Translations under genes and position numbers: made by a program
Shown here: positions 47,755 through 63,321 of the stretch, one piece after another
Layout of the letters: every line of letters starts with the position of its first letter
Numbering within the stretch: position 1 is the first letter of the stretch
The notes under the pieces: model-generated
Databases searched by the model: none
The model's input: the letters and a program-made list of their open reading frames with translations, nothing else
What the model was told of the DNA's origin: nothing
DNA from: Eledone cirrhosa
Taxonomy: Eukaryota
Reading direction: 5' to 3'
DNA length: 64,000 nt
NCBI GenBank assembly: GCA_964016885.1
Contig: OZ024746.1
Span: 84,940,001-85,004,000, forward strand

Positions 47755-48588
47755 TAGGTTAATAATAGCTATATAAACTTTAAATCTCTTATTCACGTAA
47801 CAATCTCACATTCCACTGTATTCCCTCTTTCCATTTTTAATTAATTTAGATTTCCGAGTTCTTGGCCTTGCCTTATTTACCCGAAATTAATAATCTGATG
47901 CAATTGCAGATGTAATTTTGATTAATGTGGTCAATTTATATTTCTAATAGTACGTTAACCTCACTTAAATATATGTGTAAGCAGCGAATTGGCCGAATCG
48001 TTAGAGCGTCTATAGAATGTCTTGCGGTATATCATTCCGGATCATTGTAATCTGAATTCAAATTCTTCTGAAATAAATTTTTCATTTCAATAATTCGTGG
48101 TTGATACATAAACTACCAGTCTATTCTTTTTAATAGACTCCTCTATCCTCTGAGGATAGTACCTGTTATTCAAAAGTTCTAGTCTTGTCGCATATTGTAT
48201 CACACTGACTCACAGAGAATTACACCAGCCTGAGGTATACCCATCCACTTTCTTTTTAATCACTTTATGTTTCAATAGTCTTCATAGCTTGATGATTAGG
48301 AACAATGTGTTCTCAAACCGGAGATCTAACCCGATTGCTCCAAAAGTATGGAGTCCACTAAAGGCATCCAAGGGCCATGCAGAGTGACGCATTAAGTCAA
48401 GCACCCATGAGAATATTTGCACACGTTGCCGTTATTTTTTTATTTTTTAAAAACAATATTTGCTCGTAATGTTTTTCGAAATATTTACATCTGCATCCAA
48501 GGATTGATATATCTCAGTTTCAGAAGATCCTGTTTGAAGACGAAAAGAAATCGTTTTCTTAATCTTTTAATCTTTTAATTCTATATTT

Positions 48589-48637
<49 letters not shown>

Positions 48638-48801
48638 TTCTATTCTAAGGCGGGTAAAATTCCCGAGATCCATGGACGAGTTCTCTCCAGCGGTCTCTGT
48701 CCCTCATTATCGCTGCCATGTCCTGCGTCTCCACACACAAGGAGAGGAAACATAGAAGTACCACTGATGATACCACAGGTGTGTGATGAAAGTAATTTGA
48801 T

Positions 48802-49420
<619 letters not shown>

Positions 49421-49464
49421 TATATATACATATATTAAAAATTAGGATTGGTGCTCTACATATG

Positions 49465-49515
<51 letters not shown>

Positions 49516-49623
49516 AATCCTTATCGAGCCCTCTCTGGATATTTGTCTTTGCATTTATTATTACTACTACTATATATATATATAAAAGCAAATTAATACA
49601 CATCTCTATATAGACAAATATAT

Positions 49624-49690
<67 letters not shown>

Positions 49691-50263
49691 CGTATGTGTA
49701 ATTTCTCGTATGTTTGTGTGTATGTGTGCGATCCTGTTAACACATGTGGAAACTCCTTGTTATCGCAGCCATCTCTCTCGAACAACGAAAGTGTTCAACT
49801 GTTTTTAATTTCTATTAAGCTTTGGATAACACATAACAGAATGACTGTGCGTGTGTGTGTGATCTTTGTGTGTGTGTGTTTTATTGAATCTGTGTCTGCA
49901 TATTCGTTCCTGTGTGTGCTGGGGAATGTGTCTGTGTATATTTATATGCGTGTGTGTTAGCGCGTGTAATTAAATTCCACGATGACCGAGTATTTTAAAC
50001 GAACCTATCTATGCATGTTTGAATATATGTATATTTGTATATATATATATATGTATATGTATGTATCTATGTATGTGTATATGTATATATGTATATACGT
50101 ATTATGTGCGTGTATGTGTGTGTAAGCATGTAGATATGCACTTATATCATGTATGTTTGTACTATTTATATATATATGTATGCATGTATGTATGCACATG
50201 TTTGCGTGCATGTGTTTGCATGTATATTCCTACAAATGTTTGTATGTATGGCTTTATACATGT

Positions 50264-50353
<90 letters not shown>

Positions 50354-50526
50354 CTTAGGGTATACATAGAAGTTGTGCTATTAATATCTCTCTGGATAAT
50401 ATTAACAACAACAAGAACAAGAACAACACTAATAATAATACTAATACTACTACTAATAATAAGAATGATTTCTTTATTCACAACAAGGGTTAACATCAAG
50501 CAAAACATTACGACGGCAAAAACATA

Positions 50527-50575
<49 letters not shown>

Positions 50576-50607
50576 GGTGTGTTTGTGTTGGTGTGTGGGT
50601 TTTGTGC

Positions 50608-50722
<115 letters not shown>

Positions 50723-50829
50723 TGTGTGTGTGTGTGTGTGTGTTGGTGTGTTTGTGTTGGTGTGTGGGTTTTGTGTGTAAACAGATTTAACAATAGTGCA
50801 AAAGAAAAGTAACAATAAAAATTAAAGAA

Positions 50830-51420
50830 AGGGAATTTCTCAATAAGTTCGAGGGTGGCTTGGAGAAAAAAAACCCGTCAAACTACGGGTGCAAGTGCCC
50901 TGTCCCAGTTGTCTTCCTCCAATCTACGGGCTCACACTCAGAGCTGGTCCATTCATCGGGCCATACTCGCCTCTTTCACCCAACTTACAACAAACTGCTT
51001 GGAAGGCAGCCTTTCCCTCTTGATTTTTCTCTTCGAGAAAAAATTGAAACGTTAATCAGGGCTTCGCCGAAGGGGAAGGTGCTGGTCTTCAGCCCTTTCA
51101 AAGGTGTCCACCATACAATCTCTCTCGCCTAAGCCACCAGAGAGATAAAAACACCCTGCTTTTCCAGACTAAAGGAATACGGCGGGGCGTTCTTCAAAAT
51201 GGACACAGCTGAGAGCTGGATTCGTCCTACACGTGACAGAAAGCGTTCGACATAAACCCACAAGTCAGCAATGCTCGGACACTGGATGTGTGCATGCAGA
51301 ATGGTTTCGTCGCCCAGAACGCATCTCGGATAGGTTCGGCTGACGCCACTTCCATGTCTATAGTGTTTATCTCGAACTGGTAGTAAAGCTTCTCTGTAGC
51401 ACTGCGAAGCCATGCAATTT
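50830..51420 (-). pseudogene. Tx1/L1-clade LINE ORF2 C-terminal zinc-knuckle remnant
   Basis: LPVRDKHYRHG...YPRCVLGDETILHAHIQCPSIADLW matches the zf-RVT pattern (C..C....ET..H....C......W). Interrupted by stops. Confidence 0.75.
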
Positions 51421-53606
51421 CGCCGAGTACGGCGTTGATCTTCTCCACCACCTCAGCCTCTGCTGCTCAAGTATAGAGTTGAGCAGGGAAGATGAAATGT
51501 TGGCTCAGCCAGTCAAACCTGTAACAGTAGTAACAATAGTAGCATTAATAACAGCGACTCCCAACACTTCAGCAACAGCACCAACCCCAGCAAGACCAAC
51601 AGCATCACCAACAGTAACATTAGAACTACCCTCACCACCAACTACAGAACCGTCAAAACCACCAATATGTTCCGCAGCAACGGCTGCGTACGTGCTTTTG
51701 TAATTATTGCTGCTGTTGTTGTTGTAGCTGTTGATGTCGTTGTAGTTGTTTTTGTTGTTGTTGCTGTTGCTATTGTTATCATTGCTGTTGTTGCGGCTGC
51801 CGCTGTTTTTGTTGTTGTTGCTGTGGTTTCTGTTGATCCTGGCTGTTGTTGTTGCTATTGCTGCTGTTGCTTAATCCATCACCCGGTTTAATACCATCTC
51901 ATGTGTTTTAGTTCTGTGTTAAGGGAGTCTACTGTGTTGCAAGCATCCGGGAAAAGGGCTTCGACATTTTGTGTCCCTCCAACTAGTCATGAAGGGCCTG
52001 AAACGGGTCCTGGGTGTTGCTCTTTCTCCCATTTAAATGGTAATAAAATGTCCGCTGTACTATTTATAAACAGATTTAATTGAATATATCAAATTGTACT
52101 ATGTTTGTTTACCTTGTTCTGCTGTAATGATTAGCACATTTTGGTTTTTCTACACTGAGTATACTGACACCCTGATATGATGATAATAGTGGGAGGGGGT
52201 GACGGAGGGGGATTAGTGTTAGTGGTAATGGTGGTACTTATTGCGATGATGGTAGTAGAGATGTCAGTGGTGATTGAGATATTAATGGTGGTGGAAGCGG
52301 TGGTGGTAGTTGTAGTGGGGGTATTAGAGATGGAGAGGATGAGGTTACGTAGTTGATGGCAGTAAGGATGAAGAGGAGGAGGAGGAGGAGGAGGAGGAGG
52401 AGGAGGAGGAGGAGGAGGAGGAGGAAGAGGAAAGCGCAGAGTAGGAGACGGAATGGGTGGGTACATTTTTATTGTCAGCGGTGAATGGGATGAGGAGTAT
52501 AATGATGATGCGAGTAGGAGAAGAAGGATGAGAAGGGGGGAGGAGGAGAGGGGGGGAGGGGGGGGGGGGGGAGGCGGTGGAATAAGAGAAGGAAAAGGAT
52601 GTGAAGGATGAGGCAACAAGAAAATGGTTGTAGAAGTGACGCTAATAGTGTGATATCGGTAATGATAAAGGTTTTTTTTTATGATAACGATGACGGCGAT
52701 GATGATGATGAAGATGAAGATGGAGATGGAGATGAGGCCCGCGATAATGATGATTGGGATCACGAAGAGAAGATAGAAGAAAGAAAAGTAAAGTGGTGGA
52801 GAAGAGGGATTAGTAGCATATATTTAGAACCTAAAAAAGGCCCCCATCAGTCACTAATAAACAGGGTTTTGCACATAGAAAGTTTCCCTAGAAAGTATTT
52901 TTTTTTTTTTTTTTTGTGAGGGCAGTGGAGTAAAAGACCCCTGGAGTAAAACCTGCGACTTCGTTTGCATCCAATGATGTAGACCAGTTTTACATTCGAT
53001 GTTCGGAGAGTGGGATTAGCTTCGTGCAAAGCCTTTCTTCACTTAAAAAAGCTTCAAGGACAGGCATCGCTTGATATGTGACATCTTTTGGAGTGTTGTC
53101 AGTGCCTTGAAATACTAGTCTAGTACTGGGGTCGATTATTCCTCTATATCTCTTTCTCATTTCCTCTCTCTCACTTTCTATCTTTCTCTGGAAGAAATCT
53201 GCAGTACGTAGGCCTGGAGAGGGTTGGACTCCGCCAGGCTTTAAATGCCCAAGAAACGCCACATGTTAATACGGCACCCCTACGACTATATCTGGAGTTA
53301 CGGGACCATATACACACCAATTCACTGCCTTAATATGTGTGAAACATGTGTTAAGACGTGTAAATTTGCGCTTGTATGTCTTTGTGGAAGATATTACATA
53401 TTTCCATGTCTGACAGTTTGAATTTGACAAAGAGAGAGAGATGACAAGATAATGGGTGCTTTACGTGCATGTGTGTGTATGAGTGTGCTTCTGCTTGAGT
53501 TGGAGGTACATATGTCAATATCTACCTTAAATTATGTCAATTAGTCACTGGTTTCAGTCCATGTTTTATGTACGTGCGTGTGTGTCTGTGCGTTCGTGTG
53601 TCTGTA

Positions 53607-53673
<67 letters not shown>

Positions 53674-53751
53674 GAGAGAGGGAGGGAGAGAGACTGTGTC
53701 AATGAGACAATTTAATTAACATGACAGTATTTATTAATATCTTTTTATACA

Positions 53752-53841
<90 letters not shown>

Positions 53842-53845
<4 letters not shown>

Positions 53846-54454
53846 AGTTAATATAAATTAATATATTTGATAAACACAAATACCAACATATCCGTGTTTG
53901 TATTGTAAACGACTAAAGTTAGCTAGATTGAAAAATACTAATTATAATAATACAGTTTGCCTGTCTCGATTTAAAATAATAAATCAATAAAAACAAAGCA
54001 TATTGGCAAATGGCCGTGGTGCTTGGACAAATTTAAATTTCAAAATCAAACCTGTTCCGTAGACAGGTTTAAACCTTAAAATCCAAATAAGTTTCGAAAA
54101 ATGAAAAAGTGGAAGGATACCGCATTTCTATCTCCTCAGCAAGCACCAGAAAAAATACGGAAGAGGTTTGATTTTGAAATTTAAATTTGTCCAAGCACCA
54201 TGGCCATTTGCCAATATGCTTTATTTTTATTGATTTATTATTTTAAATCGAGACAGGCAAACTGTATTATTATAATTAGTATTTTTCAATCTAGCTAACT
54301 TTAGTCGTTTACAATACAAACACGGATATGTTGGTATTTGTGTTTATCAAATATATTAATTTATATTAACTTGTACTACACGGCTCGGAAATACTTCTTT
54401 CTTTGAGCTTTTTCATTGTAAAGGACTGCCTGGGGTTTGAACTCTTTATTAATA

Positions 54455-54460
<6 letters not shown>
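53842..54460. mobile_element. fold-back element with ~215-bp inverted arms, TA-flanked
   Basis: 53842-54060 is the reverse complement of 54157-54375. The unique terminus CACGGCTCGGAAATA...CTTTGAGCT also occurs at 32499-32565. Confidence 0.75.
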
Positions 54461-54505
<45 letters not shown>

Positions 54506-55338
54506 TATACATGTGTATAATGTACACCTACACTTTTTTCGTCCAACCATTTCCATTCACAAATTATCGGTTAACTCGAGGTTGTAACAGAAGACACTTG
54601 AGATATGTTTCCACGCAGTGAAGTCAAATAAGAGACACAGAAACAGTCAAAATATTTGACACGCTAAGATCAGCACGAAAGGTGAAACCCGGAGTTAGTG
54701 ATTTGTATTTATAATAAATAGAATATATTCTACGTTACTTTGTTTTATTTCAAAAGACAAGTTGTGATAATTATAACTATATATCTACATATTTATCTCC
54801 ATCCTCCTCTCTTTCTCTCTTTCTCTCTTTCTCTCTTTCTCTCTTTCTATCTACACACACACACTGGAAAAAGAATTCACTGGAAGGATATATATATATA
54901 TAGGCTATATATATGTATAAGTATATATATATATAGCAAGACACTTTATTTCACGTTGCTCCTTCTACCTGGAGTTGCGACCGATAGAGAGTATTAGCAA
55001 TTAGAAAGACCCATGGAAACATTGTTTCCTCGGTCCGATTTGACGAAAGTCGATCGACTGACGACTGGCGATATATATATGTAGGCTATATATATATATA
55101 TGTCCTTGCAGTATTGAAATTGTTAAGATAATATAGAAGAGTGAAGCTGGAGCGAAATGTGGCTGCTATTTGTTGTCTGTTGGGCGACAATATCTGTGCA
55201 GCGAGAAAATAGATTTTACAAGCATCGATCGTGGGGCGAGACGGTACATATGTGTCGGTCACTGTTATTATCAGATTCTTTATCATATTGAAACAGGATC
55301 ATCGATTGTCATCGTATCTATTGTTCGTAGAAAACTAT

Positions 55339-55516
<178 letters not shown>

Positions 55517-55668
55517 TATATAGTGGTAGAACACTGGAAGGTAATATCCGTAGTGGTAGAGCACTCAGTCCATGGGACGAGTTAGGTAGAAGTGGTTACA
55601 CAACAGTTAGTTCACCATACCGAGAACAATTGTTTCACCTTAGCGGATCCTCACCTCGTAATCCTTTT

Positions 55669-55711
55669 TACGAGCTGAGGATCCGCTAAGGTGAAACAAT
55701 TGTTCTCGGTA
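55669..55711 (+). ncRNA. minimal type I hammerhead motif, family G, in fold-back 55520-55740
   Basis: (TA)CGAG-CTGAGGA-tcc gctaa ggt-GAAA-CAATTG-TT-CTCG(G)TA. Stem III is the palindrome ACAATTGT. Related pieces at 16200-16260 and 16485-16565. Confidence 0.75.
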
Positions 55712-55747
55712 TGGTGAACTAACTGTTGTGTAACCACTTCAATATAT

Positions 55748-55893
<146 letters not shown>

Positions 55894-56034
55894 CATGCAT
55901 ACATACATAAATACATACACATACATAAATACATACACATACAAGCACACATATATACGTACTTACGTACACACGCATATATACATACATACATGCATAC
56001 ATAAATGTACATAAACACACACAAACTTACATTT

Positions 56035-56760
56035 ATCACTCTTGAAGATATGGAGTGGTGTGGACGACCTGCCATCGCACAACTTTTCGAAAGCTTGCAA
56101 GAGATGTCAATGTAAGCATTGGAAACGTTTCTGAACATCTGAACAGAATTGAAAAGTCGAAGAAGCTAGTAAAATGGCTTCGACACAAATTAGACGAAAA
56201 ATAGAAAGATGCACTATTGCGCATCAAAATCACATTGTGAAGTATGCTGAAAAATAGACTATAAAAACAACCGACGAGATTCAACAATGTGATTGGATTG
56301 AACGGAAGCTCCTAAACTCTTCCCAAAGTCAAATATGAACCAAATAAAGACCATAGTGGCTTTTCGGTTATCTGCAATCGGATTAATCCACTTTCTGAAT
56401 CCTGGCGAAACAATCACAGCAGATAAGTATTATCGTGAAATTGATGAACTGTATCATGATGTACTGATCTATAGAAATACTCCACTCAACGTTCGGCGAT
56501 ACATCGCACAACTAACGCCACAGAAGTTGAACAAACTGGGCTACGAAACTGCTTCATCCGGCACACTCACCGAATCTTTTACCAAAATGGCTACCACTTT
56601 TCCAAGCATTTCGCCAACTTTCTTCAACAAGTTCAACAAACAAGCTACCACCAAAAATGACTTCTAAAAATTCAACGCTTCAAGAACTTTAGAATTCTAT
56701 GTTACAAGAATCTTGTTGGCAAAACTATGTAAATTCTAATGGTTCTTATTCCGATCAAAT
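56035..56760 (+). pseudogene. decayed mariner transposase (catalytic region)
   Basis: EHLNRIEKSKKLVKWLRHKL ... GLIHFLNPGETITADKYYREIDEL ... TPQKLNKLGYET are mariner motifs, with frameshifts and stops. Confidence 0.85.
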
Positions 56761-57076
56761 AAGCTTATGTCGTTTTTAAAATGTTTTATAGACCTGCGTA
56801 AACTTCTGAACACTCTGATATTTCGATAATGCTGTCCATATAGGGACGGTATTGTGTGTTGCGAAACAGGTTTTCCTCGTAACATATAACAGATACAGCA
56901 ATGACTAAACACTGCTGAAAGTATAGTTAATTGATTAGCTTGAATATTACATATAGGTATTGTATATATAACCCCCCCCCCCACCTCATTATCACCAAGC
57001 GTGAAGCTAATAACACTATGTACCATACATACATGCACACACACACGCGCATATATATACATACATACATACATAA

Positions 57077-57130
<54 letters not shown>

Positions 57131-58185
57131 GCAAGCGATTAATACACTACTGTAATTAGGAATTTAGCCATTGGATTAAACTCTGAACTATTACCTATCT
57201 TGCTGTGCACTATAATATCATATTGAGCTTCAAATTTTATTTGTCTTTATATGGTTGTATTCTCAACCGCTTTACTTAAGAAGCGTTGGGAAATTTTGAA
57301 ATTGAAATGAACACTTCCTAACATAAATAACAATAATAAAAATCGATTACTATAAATAATGGTTGTGAAAGCCAGGTAAAGTAATCCCGAAGACAGGTAG
57401 ATAAGATCAGGAGCTTAAATGCACTTTTTCTCGTCACCAAACTGACTTTCTCCATTTCTTTTCAAATATTATTTATAGTATTTCGCTACTGTTATACTCA
57501 TATACATTGGCATACATACAGACCTCTAGGATAAACATTTAGTAGCTCTATTTCAATGTGCGCTGAACGGAAGTCATTTTTGCACAAATCCTTATATCTC
57601 AAATAGGGTCAGCCTGTTGAACGATATCTGCACTCGAGTTGGCCATACAGTAGATCTTTAAGAATGCGAGTTCCTTCCATGCGGCAAACAAGACCAAGCT
57701 TCCGCAGCCCATGCTCTTTAAACGTTGCAGGTATTGCCTAAAATTATGTTCTGCCAAGGATGTCAGAGCTGCCCAAGTTTTAGGGAAGCCATCTCATGTG
57801 ATAGATATTCAACTTTCTCTCTTGTCTGACATATGCTTTCCATATTTCACGAATATTTAGGTATTCAGTGTAAGCCCTTTGGTCTTCCAAGTTATGTTAA
57901 ATTTAGTCACCACAGTTGCTGCGTTACCGATTCGTACATTAGCCTCAGAGGAACACTTTATATTGTTCTGGCTAATTTCTTTAATTGTTAATGCTTTTAG
58001 CTGCTCCTAATATTAATTTTATTTTATTGCATTTATATGCCTATATTTTTCATATGCTTCTTCTCCCTTTGCTTTCTTTTCTTATATAAATGTTGATACT
58101 TATGCTTACTTCCTATTTTATGTATCCCCCTAATGTTCTTATGACAAACTTCCGATATTATATTTGTATTTTAACCTTTATCATA

Positions 58186-58232
58186 TACTCCGATGATAAC
58201 GGCCATGTGCTAGGATGAAACGATCGTAAGTG
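58186..58232 (+). ncRNA. hammerhead motif, family H, variant core CCGATGA
   Basis: TACT-CCGATGA-taacggccatgtgctaggat-GAAA-CGATCG-TA-AGTG. Stem III is the palindrome ACGATCGT, stem II is weak. The downstream terminus is shared with 8257-8340. Confidence 0.55.
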
Positions 58233-58404
58233 ATTAAATGCTCTAAACACTCTTCGATTGTTGTTTATAAAGTATTTCGGCTCTGTAATATACTTGTTTT
58301 TTTTACATTGAGCTGTTCTCATACATGTAATTGGATAATATTTAATATTACCCACATATATATATATTGATACAATTATATATATATACACACACACATA
58401 TATA

Positions 58405-58458
<54 letters not shown>

Positions 58459-58461
<3 letters not shown>

Positions 58462-58648
58462 CGAAGGAAATGTGGTAAGGAACCAGGTGGACCATAACGC
58501 ACCAAAGTACTCAATACTTAGGGTAGTAGAGTGGGTAATAGGAACCAGTAAGACCCCGACGGCTGAGCTCAAGCCGTTTCGACGGCTAATTCAGTCCAGA
58601 ATTAGCCGTCGAAACGGCTTGAGCTCAGCCGTCGGGGTCCTACTCGTT

Positions 58649-58651
<3 letters not shown>
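58459..58651. mobile_element. family D fold-back element
   Basis: Nearly identical to 60232-60424. Confidence 0.8.
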
Positions 58652-58692
<41 letters not shown>

Positions 58693-59160
58693 TACATGTG
58701 TGTGCGTGTGTGTGTGTGCATGTGTGTGTGTCTGTCTGTGTGTATGCGCTTGTGTGTGTGTGTGCTTGTGTGTATAACTGCGTACATTTATTGGATGATT
58801 GGGTAATGGGAGGTTAAGGTATACATTTTTCCTCATTTTCAATGAATTATTTGTAAATCCGAGGAAACTATAGATGGGTTTCACGTCAGTTAAAATGAAA
58901 CGAGAAAAAGAAATACACTTAATGAGTTTCGTAGCATTTCAGTAATTCCGTGTACTATGAACGGGAATTAATTCCAACTTATCCGGCACGGCTCATTTTT
59001 CGGAGAGATAAACTACGCTCACACACACACACACAGACACACGTGTGTGTGTGTCTGTGCGTGATGTTTGTAGAATGTTCCTCGTCGAAAGGCCTTTACA
59101 TATGTTTTAATTTAGTGGCATTACACGCACATATATATGTATATATATGTATATGTATGC

Positions 59161-59232
<72 letters not shown>

Positions 59233-59639
59233 GTGTGTGTGTGTATACCTATGTGTGGGTGTATGCCTTGGTGTCTTGGTGTGTGTGTGTGTGTGTTAAT
59301 GTGTAGGTCTGTGTGTGCTCAGTTGTGTACTGGAATTGGATAAAACTGATGTTAATATGTAATCATGTTATTATTTTTTAAATGTTTTCTTAGGGAGGAG
59401 AGCGGCGGTGGTTGTCAGTCAATTATTATGTTCGGGTATATATATATATAATATATATATATATAATATACACATACTGAATTTATCCGCCAAAAGGGTT
59501 GCCTCTCTTGTCGAGCCCCACGTGGGTATTGGTAACGGTCAATCCTTGGCCTGGCACTTGAACTAAAAGCCTGTTGAGAAAGTGACTTCCTTGTTCAATC
59601 ATCTTACCAGAAGCTTAACATTATTTGTCTAAGCGGAGG

Positions 59640-59823
59640 TGAATTAGCAGTATTGGTAGCGGGTTGGACGCCATGCTTTGATGCATAGAGTTACGGCCCT
59701 TGCCATTCTGAGTTCAAATCCCGCCTAGGTTAACTTTGCCTTTCATCCTTACGGGGTCGATAAAATAAAGTACCAGTAATGCACTGGAATAATTGCTGGC
59801 CTTGTGCCAAAAGTAGAAACAAT
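59640..59823 (+). mobile_element. tRNA-derived SINE
   Basis: Full copy. TTATTTGTCTAAGCGGA occurs on both sides and may be a target-site duplication. Confidence 0.9.
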
Positions 59824-60125
59824 TATTTGTCTAAGCGGACAGTACTTGATTTGGGAGTCGCAGAAACCCAAATGCTGGATTTTCACCAACCTTCCAGGGG
59901 TCCGGGTTAATTTTTCAATCATATTTTTTTATTTGTTTGACCCGAATTACTTGGTCGTTTCTATGGCTGTGCGGATAATGGTTTAACCATCGTCTCAGTG
60001 TGTTTGGCCTTTAACGTATGTTGTAGCTCTGGTTCGTTAGAATTTATTGAGCGCTTGCCACACATCTCGGAAGTTGTTTTTCGCTAATTTCCAAAACCGA
60101 AATACGATTCTCACTAATTTATATT

Positions 60126-60160
<35 letters not shown>

Positions 60161-60201
60161 ATATATATATATATATATTTGTATATATATATATATATAT
60201 T

Positions 60202-60231
<30 letters not shown>

Positions 60232-60234
<3 letters not shown>

Positions 60235-60421
60235 CGAAGGAAATGTGGTAAGGAACCAGGTGGACCATAACGCACCAAAGTACTCAATACTTAGGGTAGT
60301 AGAGTGGGTAATAGGAACCAGTAAGACCCCGACGGCTGAGCTCAAGCCGTTTCGACGGCTAATTTAGTCCAGAATTAGCCGTCGAAACGGCTTGAGCTCA
60401 GCCGTCGGGGTCTTACTGGTT

Positions 60422-60424
<3 letters not shown>
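60232..60424. mobile_element. family D fold-back element
   Basis: Nearly identical to 58459-58651, TA-flanked. Confidence 0.8.
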
Positions 60425-60484
<60 letters not shown>

Positions 60485-60964
60485 CTCATCACATTATATA
60501 ATTTTACTGTTAGATGGATTTATCTTTAATTTCAGATTTAGAAAACAAAAAGAAAACGAAGAAGGAAGACTATGCTTATGATGTTGTTTTTTTGGTTATT
60601 ATTGCAGTTATTATAATTGCTTTCATCCTTACGGGGTCGATAAAATAAAGTACCAGTAATGTACTGGGTAATTGCCGGCCTTGTGCCAAAACTAGAAACA
60701 ATTATTTCCTTGTATATTTATATATATTTTGTTGATTTCTTTTGTGCGAATTCATTTATCTACCCTTCATTCTGTTTGATGGCAAGTACGTATTGAATTG
60801 CCGAGGTTCACATCGACCTGTCAAGCTCCGGTATATTTTTTTCTTAAGAGTTCCACCAACAAACGAGACAACTTAATCAAATATGTCATTGTACCTATTC
60901 ACGCCTATACATATATATATACAAACGCCATATAGAGGCAACAAACAAAAACAACAACAATGCA

Positions 60965-61085
<121 letters not shown>

Positions 61086-61190
61086 ATAATTCAAGAAAGA
61101 AGAGTAACATGGTTGGGTGTACACTACCTCTAAGTGGATTGCCTACAACGATAACTTGCTATCCCGTATATTGAACCCGGCATAAACTTA

Positions 61191-61229
<39 letters not shown>

Positions 61230-61232
61230 CTA

Positions 61233-61325
<93 letters not shown>

Positions 61326-61412
61326 GCAGAGGTTATATTTAATTTGTTGGGATTCAACAAGCTTAACAAATTTTCCGGGTATGTCAATATTTATTTATAA
61401 AACAAATCTGTA

Positions 61413-61474
61413 TTTTATCTGATGAAAGCGCACCATAATTTGCCTTGTTTGCCCTTGAAATATATATAATAAAA
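61413..61474 (+). ncRNA. type I hammerhead motif, family A
   Basis: TTTTAT-CTGATGA-aagcgcacc..tttgccctt-GAAA-tatataTA-ATAAAA, inside element 61325-61520. Confidence 0.75.
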
Positions 61475-61514
61475 TAAATATGGTTTTATAAATATAGTTT
61501 CCATTTATTAATAT

Positions 61515-61621
<107 letters not shown>

Positions 61622-61994
61622 AACAGATGTGCGCATGTACATACACATATAATAACCTTTGCAGAAGCCCCTCGTTTGAATAGTAAATGTATATGCTTGT
61701 GAAAAAAGTATGCTTTCCCCAAGTAAAAGAGGAAGCCTTCACGTATTCGCTCGACTACCTCGCAATAGACACCAAATCTTCTTCGTCTCACATCATTACT
61801 GTCTTAAAAACGACAAGAAAGAACCACATATTCATAATATAATACTAGATACATACACTATGACAGTAAAAAATGATATAATTACAGGTTGTATGCTTTG
61901 ATCTTAGATTTGCCCGAACATATTTCGGTTTATTTGCTTATGCAAAAGATTTTATTTCACTCTTTATTTTAGATTACCAAATTTCGAATAGAAA

Positions 61995-62345
61995 AAAAAG
62001 TAAATTCGAATGTGTTTTTTATTTTTTAAATGAAACTCAATGCAGCGAAAACTGCTCGCAATATCAACCAATAAACTGAACACGACCCCATCAGTGAATG
62101 TACAATTCAACACGTATTCCAAAATCTTTATAGTAGAGAGCTGCACCTTGAAAACTAAGATCACATGTGGCCAATGATAAACAGCCACGAATTAGAGAGC
62201 CATTATTGAAAAGGTCCCAAGCAAAACATCTCGAGAATTAGTACAAAAACGTTGATCATTCAACATTTTCCCGACATCTACACCACACTGGAAAATTAAA
62301 AACAAATATTAAAAATAGTGCCGCGCGAACTGAACGCAATTATCA
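61995..62345 (+). pseudogene. decayed mariner transposase N-terminal HTH region
   Basis: LNAAKTARNIN ... AIIEKVPSKTSRELVQK ... DHSTFSRHLHHTGKLK ... VPRELN, read across frameshifts. Confidence 0.75.
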
Positions 62346-62455
62346 CATTCAATGAAAAACTAATTCAACAAAATATATAAATTCAATTGACATGCATCAA
62401 GTAATTTTTCTCTCATTTATATATCCGAATATACGCATACATATCTACCCACATC

Positions 62456-62503
<48 letters not shown>

Positions 62504-62605
62504 ACACAATGATATATACACAAATGCATACACACAGATATAAATAAATAATATATATATGACATATGTATATGTGTGTATAGATATATATGTGTATCTC
62601 TCTCC

Positions 62606-62725
<120 letters not shown>

Positions 62726-62998
62726 TGTGTGTGTGTATCACATTTGTACAATCTTTCCATTAAATATACTGGCATATGTATCATTACATTTGATCCTTGA
62801 AATATACATTTGTGTAAATAGCACAGAGCAAAACTTCTTTCTGACGATGCACTCAAGTTTATGATTGGTGGCAATGTCATATATGTATTTTTTATTCATA
62901 ATGTCATTTTTAATAGGCTATTGCAATGAACCAGGTAGCTGTTTGATAAACCATTCACTGGAGAAACTCCAGAGTAACTGCCGAAGATCCAGCTTATA

Positions 62999-63067
<69 letters not shown>

Positions 63068-63112
63068 ATATCGAATCGATTGTGTTGTTAGTTCTGTTTA
63101 CCTTTTACATAC

Positions 63113-63185
<73 letters not shown>

Positions 63186-63245
63186 TGTACATATATGAAT
63201 GTATGTAAACAGATAGATAGATAGAGAAACAGTGAGAGACAAAGA

Positions 63246-63321
<76 letters not shown>

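Noticed and set aside
55035-55065. GAAA-gtcgatcgac-T palindrome (also near 27254)
   Set aside because: No upstream CTGANGA core is found in either copy.
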